Below, in pieces: positions 40,081-49,477 of a DNA stretch of 64,000 nt. The notes beneath the pieces were generated by a model. It did no database searches. It was not told the DNA's origin and worked only from the letters and a program-made list of their open reading frames with translations. A program made the translations under genes and the position numbers. Source of the stretch: an uncultured Gammaproteobacteria bacterium (GTDB taxonomy: Bacteria; Pseudomonadota; Gammaproteobacteria; Francisellales; CACEW01). Position 1 is the stretch's first letter. Every line of letters begins with the position of its first letter. Where the stretch lies: the NCBI GenBank assembly GCA_964539235.1, contig CAZIIK010000050.1:160-64159 (forward strand), written 5' to 3'.

Positions 40081-41559
40081 TTATTCAAACCAAGGTTTGC
40101 GTGCCGCCATAATCAGTTCAGCTGCACGTTTCTCATCTAAACCGTCAATCCTGAAGCTAGTTAGATCATCAACCGCTTGTTCGGCTAACGTTTCCATGGA
40201 CTCAATGCCTTTCTCAAATAATTTCGAGGCCATGTCTTGATCCATGGTGTCAACATTCATCAAATCACACTCAGCCGGCAGACCACCACCGGACAAAGCT
40301 TTGGTTAATAAAGCATTCTTGGCGGTTTCTTGTAATAGAACAACGGTTTCTTCTTCAAATAAACCGACCGCCATGAATTCTTCTTGTGGCACATAAGCCA
40401 CTTCCTCCAAAGTTGAGAAACCGACTTCAACTAAAGCTGCGGCAATATCTTCTTCCAAGCCCATTTGCGTCATGAACAGCTGTACAGTTTTTTGTGCTTC
40501 CGCTTCTTGTTGCTCTTCTGCCTCTGTATCGGCAATGACATTTAGCTGCCAACCGGTTAGCTGTGTTGCCAAACGCACATTCTGCCCGCCTTTACCAATA
40601 GCCTGCGACAGCTGCTCTTCTTTAACCGCCACTTGCATGGTATGTGATTCTTCGTCAACCACGATCGATACCACCTCTGCAGGTGACATGGCATTGATCA
40701 CAAACTGTGCGGGGCTGTCATCCCACAACACAATATCAACACGCTCACCATCCAACTCATTAGAAATCGACTGTACCCGTGAACCACGCATACCCACGCA
40801 AGCACCGACCGGATCGATACGACCATCGTTGGTTTTAACCGCGATTTTAGCGCGCATACCAGGATCACGTGCCACACTTTTTACCTCGATTAATTGCTCC
40901 GCAATTTCAGGCACTTCTAATTTGAATAATTCCGATAACATTTCGGCACTGGTACGACTCAAACGCAATTGTGGACCGCGCGCATCGCGATCAATTTCCA
41001 TCAAACAGGCACGCACACGATCGCCCATGTGGAATGCTTCCTTCGGCAAAGCATCTTGGCGAGATAATAGGCCTTCTGCATTTTCACCAAGATCTAGGAA
41101 AATATTATCGCGTGTCACACGTTTAACCGTGCCATTAACCAGTTCGCCCATACGCTTTTCATATTGCTTGACCATCTGCTCACGCTCAGCTTCTCGTACT
41201 TTTTGTACAATGACTTGCTTAGCAATTTGTGCCGCAATACGCCCAAATTCAATCGATGGAATAGGCTCTGCTATCACCTCGCCTTCTTGTACTTCAGGTG
41301 AATCTTTTTGCGCTTCAGAAACCGTGATTTCTGCCTCAGGATTCTCAATTTCCGCATCGTCTGCTACAACAGTCCAACAGCGAAAAGTATCATAAGCACC
41401 AGTTTTGCGATCAACTTCAACACGCACGTCCCAATCCAAGCTATTCTTTTTCTTGGTTGCCATTGCCAATGCTGCTTCCATTGCTTCGAACAACGTATCC
41501 TTCGCAATATTTTTCTCGTTAGAAACCGCTTCAATCACCAATAGTAATTCTTTACTCAT
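40081..41559 (-). CDS. nusA: Transcription termination/antitermination factor NusA
   Basis: N-terminus SKELLLVIEAVSNEKNI, with S1 and KH domains and C-terminal acidic repeats. The ATG at 41559 overlaps the rimP TGA. Confidence 0.95.
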   Translation of the reverse strand: MSKELLLVIEAVSNEKNIAKDTLFEAMEAALAMATKKKNSLDWDVRVEVDRKTGAYDTFRCWTVVADDAEIENPEAEITVSEAQKDSPEVQEGEVIAEPIPSIEFGRIAAQIAKQVIVQKVREAEREQMVKQYEKRMGELVNGTVKRVTRDNIFLDLGENAEGLLSRQDALPKEAFHMGDRVRACLMEIDRDARGPQLRLSRTSAEMLSELFKLEVPEIAEQLIEVKSVARDPGMRAKIAVKTNDGRIDPVGACVGMRGSRVQSISNELDGERVDIVLWDDSPAQFVINAMSPAEVVSIVVDEESHTMQVAVKEEQLSQAIGKGGQNVRLATQLTGWQLNVIADTEAEEQQEAEAQKTVQLFMTQMGLEEDIAAALVEVGFSTLEEVAYVPQEEFMAVGLFEEETVVLLQETAKNALLTKALSGGGLPAECDLMNVDTMDQDMASKLFEKGIESMETLAEQAVDDLTSFRIDGLDEKRAAELIMAARKPWFE

Positions 41560-42035
41560 CACGCTTTTCCTTTATGACTGTCATACTCTGCCAATACTTT
41601 TGCTTTCTGCACGTTGTGCAATGGAATGGCAACTTCAACCGATTCCACATCCAAAATCACCGTTTCATTGTCAGCCGACACAATTTCACCCATGTAACGA
41701 CGCTTAGTTTGTACCGGCGTTAATAGGCTCACTTTTATACGACTGCCGCAGTATGCCCGATAGTGTTCCGGCATAAAAAAATACCGCTCTAAACCGGGCG
41801 AAGAAATCTCTAAGTTATATGCACCATTCACTGGATCTTCAACGTCCAATAAAGCACTCGCTTGCAAACTTACTTCCCCACAGTCATCAACCGTAATGCC
41901 ATTTTCATGGTCAATGTACACGCGCAACAAAGCGTGTTTACCCTGGGGTAGATATTCAATGCCCCATAATACAAAACCACAGCCTTCAACCGCGGGTTTG
42001 AGCAATGAGAATAATGTTTTTTCTAATCGTGTCAT
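41559..42035 (-). CDS. rimP: Ribosome maturation factor RimP
   Basis: A start at 42035 gives MTRLEKTLFSLLKP. It sits in the conserved position between tRNA-fMet and nusA. The track start at 42068 is rejected. Confidence 0.85.
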   Translation of the reverse strand: MTRLEKTLFSLLKPAVEGCGFVLWGIEYLPQGKHALLRVYIDHENGITVDDCGEVSLQASALLDVEDPVNGAYNLEISSPGLERYFFMPEHYRAYCGSRIKVSLLTPVQTKRRYMGEIVSADNETVILDVESVEVAIPLHNVQKAKVLAEYDSHKGKA

Positions 42036-42054
42036 GTGCTGATCACTCAGGTAC

Positions 42055-42076
42055 AAAAAAAGGCCCAAAGGCCCTT
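42055..42076 (-). terminator. Small hairpin plus U-run between tRNA-fMet and rimP (attenuator-like)
   Basis: The minus strand reads AAGGGCC-TTTG-GGCCTTT followed by TTTT. The position is analogous to the terminator after metY in the E. coli metY-nusA operon. Confidence 0.4.
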
Positions 42077-42094
42077 CGTGTCTTTACTAAAAAT

Positions 42095-42171
<77 letters not shown>

Positions 42172-42209
42172 ACGACCAAAGAACCAAGACAGCTTGATTC
42201 GAGACGCGC

Positions 42210-42238
42210 ATGGTACGCAACTTTAAAGGGAGATGCAA
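42210..42238 (-). promoter_or_regulatory. Candidate sigma70 promoter for tRNA-fMet
   Basis: The minus strand has TTGCAT (42238-42233), a 17-nt spacer and TACCAT (42215-42210), followed by a GC-rich GCGCG discriminator. This is about 35 nt upstream of the tRNA 5' end. Confidence 0.3.
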
Positions 42239-42340
42239 GGCTTGTTTGTAAAAGCATAGAAACAACATAATCAATTACTTTTATGTGCTTCTATTTTCTC
42301 TTGAAACCCTAAAAAGCGCGCTGCCCGCTACCCAAGTGTA

Positions 42341-42538
42341 TTAGTTTTTACGCACATTAATGGCTGAAGGACCCTTGGGGGTGCTTTCAATATCGTAAGA
42401 TACACCATCGCCATCGTTAATGTTTCCCTCAACATTGTTTTGATGTACGAACACATCTTTACTGCCATCAGCTGGCGTAATAAACCCGTACCCTTTGGTT
42501 GTGTTGAAAAATTTAACGGTTCCCGTATTACTAGACAT
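42341..42538 (-). CDS. Cold-shock protein (CspA family)
   Basis: 65 aa with [17 protein letters not shown] and VFVHQN, the RNP1/RNP2 motifs. Confidence 0.9.
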   Translation of the reverse strand: MSSNTGTVKFFNTTKGYGFITPADGSKDVFVHQNNVEGNINDGDGVSYDIESTPKGPSAINVRKN

Positions 42539-42700
42539 ATTTTTTACCCTGTTTTACATATAAATCAATTCGCATCCCTCAGCAGGGAAAGCGAGCGCTG
42601 ATGCTAACACACCCTGCCAGACAGTGCCATTCAAAAAAACTATTGCATCACTTCATTAACCGCAAACTTCATCGCTATGACTATTGAGTGCAAAGGTACT

Positions 42701-43929
42701 CTACGTACCAGACTGCGTTTGCGTTTGCGTTGGCGCAGCAAACTCTGGTGCTCCAGCTGCCAACAATGCTGACAAGTCACCACCCAACGGCGGATAAATT
42801 CGATCTTGGTTAATATGACGCTTAAGTGTTTTGGCTACCAGGCCAATTTTCTGCGTTTTACGTACCCAGCCTTCAGTGTAGATACCACCCCATTCGCCTA
42901 GGTCAGCACATGTCACATAGTTTCGTTGTGCGTATGCCAACGACAGCTTACCCACCAAATTGGCAACCGCATTGTATCCGGCATAACGACCCTGCGGCCG
43001 ACCCTGTTGACAACTCATCACGGAGCCATGGTTTTCATCGACAGACACCAACGCCAGGTCGCCTGCCACGTAGATATTGGATTGCGTCGGCAATTGTAAA
43101 TATTGATTAACTGGCACACGCCCTAATGGATCCAAATTCTCTGCAAGCTGTTGGCCTAATGGGTGTGCTTGCAGACCCAGCGTTGAGATCGACATATCAA
43201 CGGCCAAAGTCTTCTCTGTGTTGTACGCCACCTCACCTGACCGCACTGCTGTTACAGTTGCCTGATCAATCGCTATGACACCAGACTGAGCCAATGCTGC
43301 TTGCACATGTACACTGGTATCGCCACCCAAACTATCGCGGACTTGATGACGGTCCAGTAAATAAACCGTCGGGGCCACCATCGGCAATTGATTTTTCTCA
43401 GCAATTTTCCGACACCACACAGGCAGTTCACAGGCCAGCTCAAGCCCAGTAATACCGGCGCCTAAAATCGCTAAGCAGCACGGCTGTTGCTGGCCGATTC
43501 TAGCAACATAGGTTTCTTCTAACGATCACGCAGCGCCATCGCAGCTGTATAAGTATCAATATTATGCGCCAGCTCTATGCCAGGAATCGGCGGCATGCTT
43601 AATCGACTGCCAGCTGCAACGACTAGCGCGTCAAAAGCCACCATATCACCGTCATCGCACGTCAATTGCTGCGCATCTGTATCAATATGCGTAACAGCAG
43701 CGTATTTAAGCTTCACGCATAAAGGCTGCAAAAAATCGGCCAACGGCACCTGTGTCTCTTCCAGTTCATACTCATAATAACGTGGCCGAATGCCCAAATA
43801 AGGCGATGGAATAATCAGTTGAACTTCAATGTCATGTACAGCCAAACGATGACACAGACTCGCCGCGGCTAGCGCCGCTGAACTGCCGGCATGACCGCCT
43901 CCAACAATACATACACGTCGCATAATCAT
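42701..43929 (-). pseudogene. NDH-2-like FAD-dependent pyridine nucleotide-disulfide oxidoreductase, frameshifted
   Basis: The N-terminal ORF (43519-43929; VCIVGGGHAGSSAA) ends at TAG 43519-43521. The second Rossmann motif (AILGAGITGLELACEL) and the rest continue in another frame that opens just after TGA 43526-43528. Confidence 0.75.
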
Positions 43930-43931
43930 GC

Positions 43932-45185
43932 CTACCCGAAATAATGTGTTGTGTTGATCTCGCGCAAGGTTTTGGTTTTTGAACGCATGACAATACTGTG
44001 CGTTTTTGCACCACCAGGGAATGTGCGTACGCCTTGTAACATCGTGCCAGTCGTCACACCCGTCGCTGCGAACATAATTTCACCATCTGCCAAATCATGC
44101 AGATAATATTTCTTCGCAAAGTCGGTAATACCATAACTCTGCGCACGCGTTTTTTCAGCCTCATGGAGAAATACCAAACGACCTTGCATTTGCCCACCGA
44201 TACAACGCAAAGCAGCAGCCGCCAATACACCTTCTGGCGCACCGCCTGTGCCAATATACATATCGATACCGCTATCAGGTTGCGCGGTTGCAATCACAGC
44301 TGAAACATCACCGTCATTAATAAGCGCAATACGTGCACCTGCTTCGCGTACTTCTTGGATAATAGTTTCGTGACGTGACCGGTCTAAAATACAAACAACT
44401 AAAGAACCAACCGTGGTTTTCTTAGCCTGCGCCAGGCTGTGCAAACTGTCCGCAACACTGGCATCTAAGTCGATCACATCAGAGCCTTCAACACCGGCCG
44501 CAATTTTTTGCATATAGGTATCGGGCGCATTTAAGAAACCATTGTGTTCCGCCATGGCAATCACCGCCAATGCATTCGGACCGCCTTTGGCTGTAATTGA
44601 AGTGCCTTCTAAAGGATCTAAAGCAATATCAACCTTGGGACCTTCCCCGCAACCAACCGGTTCACCAATATAAAGCATGGGGGCCTCATAGCGCTCACCC
44701 TCACCAATAACGACCGTGCCGTCAATATACAAACTATCAAAAGCCGTACGCATGGCATCAACAGCTGCCTGATCAGCCGCTTTTTCATCACCACTAAACG
44801 TCTGTTGATAGGCAAACGTACCACCCTTTATTTGACAAACATTATGATCGTTATTGACAACCATAACCCCATTCGCCTCGATAATTTCACCCGAGGCAAC
44901 TCGTACGGTGGATCCCGGATGGGTTACCCAGAAGTAAAAATGTGGATGATCAAAAAAGTCACCCGTGGTATCAACTGCATAGTCTTTGGACCAGTTGATA
45001 CCCGGAACAATAATCGGTGTTTGTGGCAATGTTGTTTCACCCGGGCTGGTATCGATACCGTCGAAAGCACCAAAATGATACGCCAAGGTACAACTTTGAC
45101 TATTTTCTATATTTATGGCCTTATGTGTCGCAGCGACTGCGGCACTGCTCGCCACGCATAAAAAGATCGCAATTGCACAAGCCAT
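43932..45185 (-). CDS. glpX: Class II fructose-1,6-bisphosphatase (GlpX) core with an unrelated signal-peptide-bearing N-terminal ~135 aa
   Basis: From GDEKAADQAAVDAMR onward it aligns with GlpX as I recall it (IGEGE..APMLYIGE, DPLEGT, GGAPEGV). The N-terminus MACAIAIFLCVASSAAVAATH... looks like a signal peptide followed by an unknown domain. Confidence 0.8.
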   Translation of the reverse strand: MACAIAIFLCVASSAAVAATHKAINIENSQSCTLAYHFGAFDGIDTSPGETTLPQTPIIVPGINWSKDYAVDTTGDFFDHPHFYFWVTHPGSTVRVASGEIIEANGVMVVNNDHNVCQIKGGTFAYQQTFSGDEKAADQAAVDAMRTAFDSLYIDGTVVIGEGERYEAPMLYIGEPVGCGEGPKVDIALDPLEGTSITAKGGPNALAVIAMAEHNGFLNAPDTYMQKIAAGVEGSDVIDLDASVADSLHSLAQAKKTTVGSLVVCILDRSRHETIIQEVREAGARIALINDGDVSAVIATAQPDSGIDMYIGTGGAPEGVLAAAALRCIGGQMQGRLVFLHEAEKTRAQSYGITDFAKKYYLHDLADGEIMFAATGVTTGTMLQGVRTFPGGAKTHSIVMRSKTKTLREINTTHYFG

Positions 45186-45398
45186 GGGACCGTAACATAG
45201 CGAACACCCTTTACAGAATAATTAATAAAAATATTGATATAATATATAGATATGTTTATTTTTCAACCAAAAATCCTCAGATATATTATTTATATAAATC
45301 ATGGCCTTGCTATTTGCATAAATCAGGGTAGAAGGCATCACGCTGCTATCGCACAATACTCAGGACCTATTCTTAAAATTGATTAGAGAATTACTGGT

Positions 45399-45730
45399 CT
45401 ATAGAGCAGCACCATCAAAATGATACACCTTAAGACGCGCCCAGTCGCAGTCGTCAAGCGCATGCAAATTTACTGTATGCTTCTGGAGATTAGGTGTTGG
45501 GCCATATATGAAAATGCCGCAATGTTTGCAGAAATAATGCTCACCTTTCATCTGATTAAACGTATAACGAGCCAAGCCCGCTTCACCCTCAACAATTTTA
45601 ATATCATCTACAACTGAATAACTGTGTGACGCTTACTACAGTACGAACAATTACATACAATCGGCTGTTTCAGCTCAAATTCACATTCAAACTTAACGCT
45701 TTGACAGTGACATGAACCTGTATATTTCAC
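45399..45730 (-). pseudogene. GFA (glutathione-dependent formaldehyde-activating/CENP-V) family gene, frameshifted
   Basis: My own minus-strand translation. GTG 45730 gives MKYTGSCHCQSVKFECEFELKQPIVCNCSYCSKRHTVIQL, then a stop at 45614-45616. A second frame gives ..YSVVDDIKIVEGEAGLARYTFNQMKGEHYFCKHCGIFIYG...FDGAAL, with a stop at 45399-45401. Confidence 0.6.
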
Positions 45731-46039
45731 CTTCACCCTCACTTATTGAAGCAAATGATAAAACCGAATAATAAGCACAAAACCATAAATAATAACCGCA
45801 ACCCGTGGCACCACACACGCAAAACAGTTTCATTCTAACTCGTCTGGTGAGTACTTTAATTAAAACAACAGCTCTCGGTTCAATCCGTCAATCAAAAAAA
45901 CAGTTCATCTTCAGACACCATAAACCACGTTACGCAAAGTACGCACCACAAAACATGGTGCGGCAATTCTTAAACCATGGACACTGATCCAATCACAACA
46001 AAAACACAGTAACGCAGAGTGAGGGAAAAAGACGCAGAA

Positions 46040-46129
<90 letters not shown>

Positions 46130-46142
46130 GTTTTACAAAATA

Positions 46143-46228
46143 TGGTGCCGGCGGACGGAGTCGAACCGTCACGGGCGATGCCCACCACCCCCTCAAGATG
46201 GCGTGTCTACCAATTCCACCACGTCGGC
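46143..46228 (-). tRNA. leuU: tRNA-Leu (anticodon GAG)
   Basis: 86 nt with acceptor GCCGACG, anticodon loop TTGAGGG, a long variable arm and an encoded CCA. It lies directly after secG, as in E. coli secG-leuU. Confidence 0.9.
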
Positions 46229-46230
46229 AA

Positions 46231-46671
46231 TTATTTTGTGGTCTTGTGCGAGAATGCCTGATAAGTTGATTTTACATCGGTACTTTTTAGCGACACCGGT
46301 GCATTCATATTTTGTGAAGTTGGCTTCTGACCAGCCTGCAAAGCTTGCAAACGTTTCTGCATCGAAGCAGGTTTCGCTACTTCCTTTTGCGCAACTGGTT
46401 TTGGTGCGACAGGCGCTGAAAGTGTTTGCTCTGCGGCAATATTACGATGTGCTAAATAACCTAACGACAAGCTGGTGACAAAAAACAAGGCAACCAAACC
46501 GCCGGTTAACTTCATCAAAAAGGATGCAGGTCCTCGGCTGCCGAACAGGGTGTTGGCACTGCCACTGCAAAATGCAGCGCCCATATCAGCGCCTTTGCCT
46601 TGCTGTAACAAGACCAACGCAACAATCGCAAGCGCGATAACAATATGGATAAACAGAATAATGCCAAGCAT
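46231..46671 (-). CDS. secG: Preprotein translocase subunit SecG (extended C-terminus)
   Basis: N-terminus [27 protein letters not shown] is SecG-like. A long low-complexity tail follows. The stop is 2 nt from the tRNA-Leu 5' end. Confidence 0.85.
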   Translation of the reverse strand: MLGIILFIHIVIALAIVALVLLQQGKGADMGAAFCSGSANTLFGSRGPASFLMKLTGGLVALFFVTSLSLGYLAHRNIAAEQTLSAPVAPKPVAQKEVAKPASMQKRLQALQAGQKPTSQNMNAPVSLKSTDVKSTYQAFSHKTTK

Positions 46672-46788
46672 CTTTACAAAGAGTCCCCGTTTTGCAGGCG
46701 AACACCTTATACGATTTGATGCTTTTGCGCAATACTCCCAGAACGAGACCTGCTCTACATTAGAAACAAGGTTCAGCTCGCTTTTGGC

Positions 46789-48045
46789 TTATTGCAGTAC
46801 ATATAGTCCTAAGCTTTCAAACTGTTGAATGCGGTGCATATCTTGAGCGATTGCCTCTGCATTGCCCATCAACAAAAGATGCATGGGGCTGCTGGCATAG
46901 TCATGAGTCACTGCCAACCAATCACCCGGTTCTAGATAGGGTTTGACCCATCTCACCGTCGGCAAGTTTTGAATATCCTCTAGATAACGAAAAGCCTGGA
47001 GCTGACCAGATACCTGACTGCGTAACAGATACAATTTTGCTGACTGTTGCAAGGCATAATGTACAGATCGCTGTGCAAAGCGTTCTGGTTTTGCATAAGC
47101 TTCTATCATCACATCAAGCTGTGTTGCTGTTATACACTGCTGCAAATATTGGATTGGAAATAGGCCTCCCATCAAACGTGCGCCAAGTTCAACCAACACC
47201 GGACCATTTTTTGTCATGACAATATCGCTGGTGGTTGGGCCTTCTGTAATCGCCAGAGCTTGTAACACCTGCTCGATATACGCAATCAATTGTTTTTGCA
47301 CCGCACCTGTTGCCGGTAATAACTCAACCTGGTCATACAGAAAACGCCCCGCACCATCTACAACTTTAGTCATATCCCAGACATCAGTCACCACACAACG
47401 ACCGGCTCGACTGACGGTATTCACTCGATATTCGCGCCCGGTTAAAAAGCCTTCGGCCAACACGTGTTGATTTGAGATACCGCATTGATTTTGCTTACCT
47501 TGAATGCGCTGAAATGCTGCTTCAGCCGTTGCCACATCATGACAACGATAAACATCTTCCGCTGACGCACTGTTTAATGGCTTGAGCACCCAGGGACCTA
47601 GCGACTGTCTATCTAACCATACGGCCAACTCGCGCCAATCTGTTGCACATTTAAAAGACGGCACTTTCACCTGTGCCTGCACCAAAGCCAGACGCTGCTG
47701 GTATTTATCACAGCGGGCTGCACTCAATGCCGTACCATTGCCGGGCAAGTTAAAGGCCTCATTCAATTGATCAGCCAACGCAACGCCCATATCAAAACCC
47801 GCGCAGACATGTGTGATCGAATAGGGTGCTAACTGCTGTAGTAATTTCGCAAAGTCACCGTCGTACCACAGCGTCTCAACATAATCTTGGGCACAAATTG
47901 ACTGTTCATAGTAAGCGTGTAATTGACGCACTGTACGCACATGAACACAGCGATAACCCTGCGCATTAAAGGCTTTTACTAGACTTGCAGCTTGGGAATA
48001 AGCATCGACAATGACAATGGTATTCAGTTGATGTGAAGCAACCAT
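46789..48045 (-). CDS. ATP-grasp ligase, L-amino-acid-ligase-like
   Basis: 418 aa. The layout resembles BacD-type ligases: an N-terminal Rossmann-like part (TIVIVDAYSQAA), GPWVLKPLNSASAEDV, EGFLTGREYRVN and LVELGARLMGG. Confidence 0.7.
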   Translation of the reverse strand: MVASHQLNTIVIVDAYSQAASLVKAFNAQGYRCVHVRTVRQLHAYYEQSICAQDYVETLWYDGDFAKLLQQLAPYSITHVCAGFDMGVALADQLNEAFNLPGNGTALSAARCDKYQQRLALVQAQVKVPSFKCATDWRELAVWLDRQSLGPWVLKPLNSASAEDVYRCHDVATAEAAFQRIQGKQNQCGISNQHVLAEGFLTGREYRVNTVSRAGRCVVTDVWDMTKVVDGAGRFLYDQVELLPATGAVQKQLIAYIEQVLQALAITEGPTTSDIVMTKNGPVLVELGARLMGGLFPIQYLQQCITATQLDVMIEAYAKPERFAQRSVHYALQQSAKLYLLRSQVSGQLQAFRYLEDIQNLPTVRWVKPYLEPGDWLAVTHDYASSPMHLLLMGNAEAIAQDMHRIQQFESLGLYVLQ

Positions 48046-48057
48046 TTAAACGGATCC

Positions 48058-49179
48058 TTAGTGGGTTAAAGCCGCCTTGATCAAAGGGTCTAACACCCTG
48101 TATCTAGCCTGTTGATCTTTGAACACATAATCCTTTTCAAGTAAAAAGTTCATCGCGCGGTGGATGCTGGTAATGGGCATACTGGTTTCTTGTGCATACT
48201 CATGACTAAATGGGTTTTCCACATAATCTGCACTGGCTAAATGCAGCAGTAATCGTCGTTGATTTAGCTTCAACAGCATCGCTTCCTGTTCAACTCTGGC
48301 TTTATTCTCTTGGACATAATCCATCCATTCTTGCCGAATAGCTTCCGCCGTAGCTGGCTTAGGCAGTCTCAAAATCATGGAACAAAGTTTGTTAATGTAA
48401 TACGGATGGCGTTCTGTACACGCAAAAATAATGTCATATGCATCTTCTTTGAGCATGTCACCCCACCGATCTAGGCTGGCCTGCTTAATATGCTCGCTAT
48501 AATGTTTTGCAGAAATTCGATTTAATTGGATTTCATCGCACGCGTTAAAAAAAGACCTACTGTCATCGTGAAACATGCGCTCTATCAAGTGTCGGTTACT
48601 CCCTGCAAAAACATAGCGCACAGATTTTGATTTTTGCATGGCTTCTCTTATAGCCGACCCAATACTTTTATTCGGTGTAACTTCCGCCAGCGTTTGGAAT
48701 TCATCTAAGAACAGAATGCAGCCTGATATACCTGAGTGCTCAGTCACATAGTGATCGAGTTTTTCTAGGGCGGTCAAAATAAGGTCAACTGCACGTTTAG
48801 GACGCTGAGTAATTTCCAAGCTCAAATCTTTGCCATAAAGCGAGATATTAAGCTGCAGTGCACCAAAGAAATTACCCGCTGCTTTCAAAAGCTTTGTCGG
48901 TGTTTTCTCTGTTTGGCTGATGATTTTCCCAATACCATGCAAAATATATTGCGCAATTTCTTGTTCATTGAGTGCTTTATATAAATCAACATGTGCATAA
49001 GGCAGTTCAAGCTTTGAAAAAGCCTGTAATGCCAAACTTGTTTTGCCATAGCGTCTAGGCGATATCAGCAAAGATGGCGTGCCAGTTTCAAGATTATAAA
49101 TGAGGCGCTCGGTTTCAACGCTTCTATTGCAAAAAGCTTCCCGGGTCGCTACCATTGTTGGAAAATAATTTTTCGTCAT
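48058..49179 (-). CDS. ATPase_2 (archaeal-ATPase)-like P-loop NTPase with a C-terminal winged helix
   Basis: FCNRSVETERL, Walker A SPRRYGKTS, Walker B ILFLDEFQ, and a C-terminal wHTH-like tail. It lies 12 nt upstream of the ATP-grasp gene, with AAGGA as the RBS. Confidence 0.7.
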   Translation of the reverse strand: MTKNYFPTMVATREAFCNRSVETERLIYNLETGTPSLLISPRRYGKTSLALQAFSKLELPYAHVDLYKALNEQEIAQYILHGIGKIISQTEKTPTKLLKAAGNFFGALQLNISLYGKDLSLEITQRPKRAVDLILTALEKLDHYVTEHSGISGCILFLDEFQTLAEVTPNKSIGSAIREAMQKSKSVRYVFAGSNRHLIERMFHDDSRSFFNACDEIQLNRISAKHYSEHIKQASLDRWGDMLKEDAYDIIFACTERHPYYINKLCSMILRLPKPATAEAIRQEWMDYVQENKARVEQEAMLLKLNQRRLLLHLASADYVENPFSHEYAQETSMPITSIHRAMNFLLEKDYVFKDQQARYRVLDPLIKAALTH

Positions 49180-49203
49180 ACGCGCGGTTTAATCCTCAAA
49201 GTG

Positions 49204-49280
49204 AGATACGCAAAATGTAATACGCAAAAAGCGTATTGTCAATTCCGTTTGGGGCCCTATATCGGCAATATCTCGAGATA
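49204..49280. promoter_or_regulatory. Palindromes and direct repeats upstream of the ATPase/ATP-grasp operon
   Basis: ATACGCAAAA appears twice (49206-49215, 49219-49228). The palindrome AATACGC-aaaaa-GCGTATT spans about 49218-49236. A perfect 12-bp palindrome TATCTCGAGATA lies at 49269-49280. Confidence 0.35.
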
Positions 49281-49477
49281 ATCGTGAGCGCTGAAGACCC
49301 GAGAAATGCTGCTGCATCATTTAAGTAGCATTTGAAGAAGATTCTAACGATGAGGTTCGCGACTCATGAGGTGATGCAACGGTATTTGAGAATAAGCAGC
49401 GACAATACAATTCCTTGATACCAGCTCAGAAAAATTGTTCAATCACAAGGCAAGTAATACTAAGGAAGGATCATTAT

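Noticed and set aside
40472-41395. 307-aa ORF on the + strand inside nusA
   Set aside because: It is entirely antisense to an unambiguous nusA. The translation is Ser/Cys/Thr/Ala-rich low complexity with no recognisable motif. It is a typical stop-free shadow frame of a highly expressed gene.
45420-45617. 65-aa + strand ORF
   Set aside because: It is the antisense shadow of the frameshifted GFA-family gene, which reads convincingly on the minus strand.
45942-45962. Hairpin CGCACCA-n7-TGGTGCG about 80 nt downstream of tRNA-Ser
   Set aside because: It is not followed by a U-run on either strand and is too short to call a terminator or sRNA without expression data.
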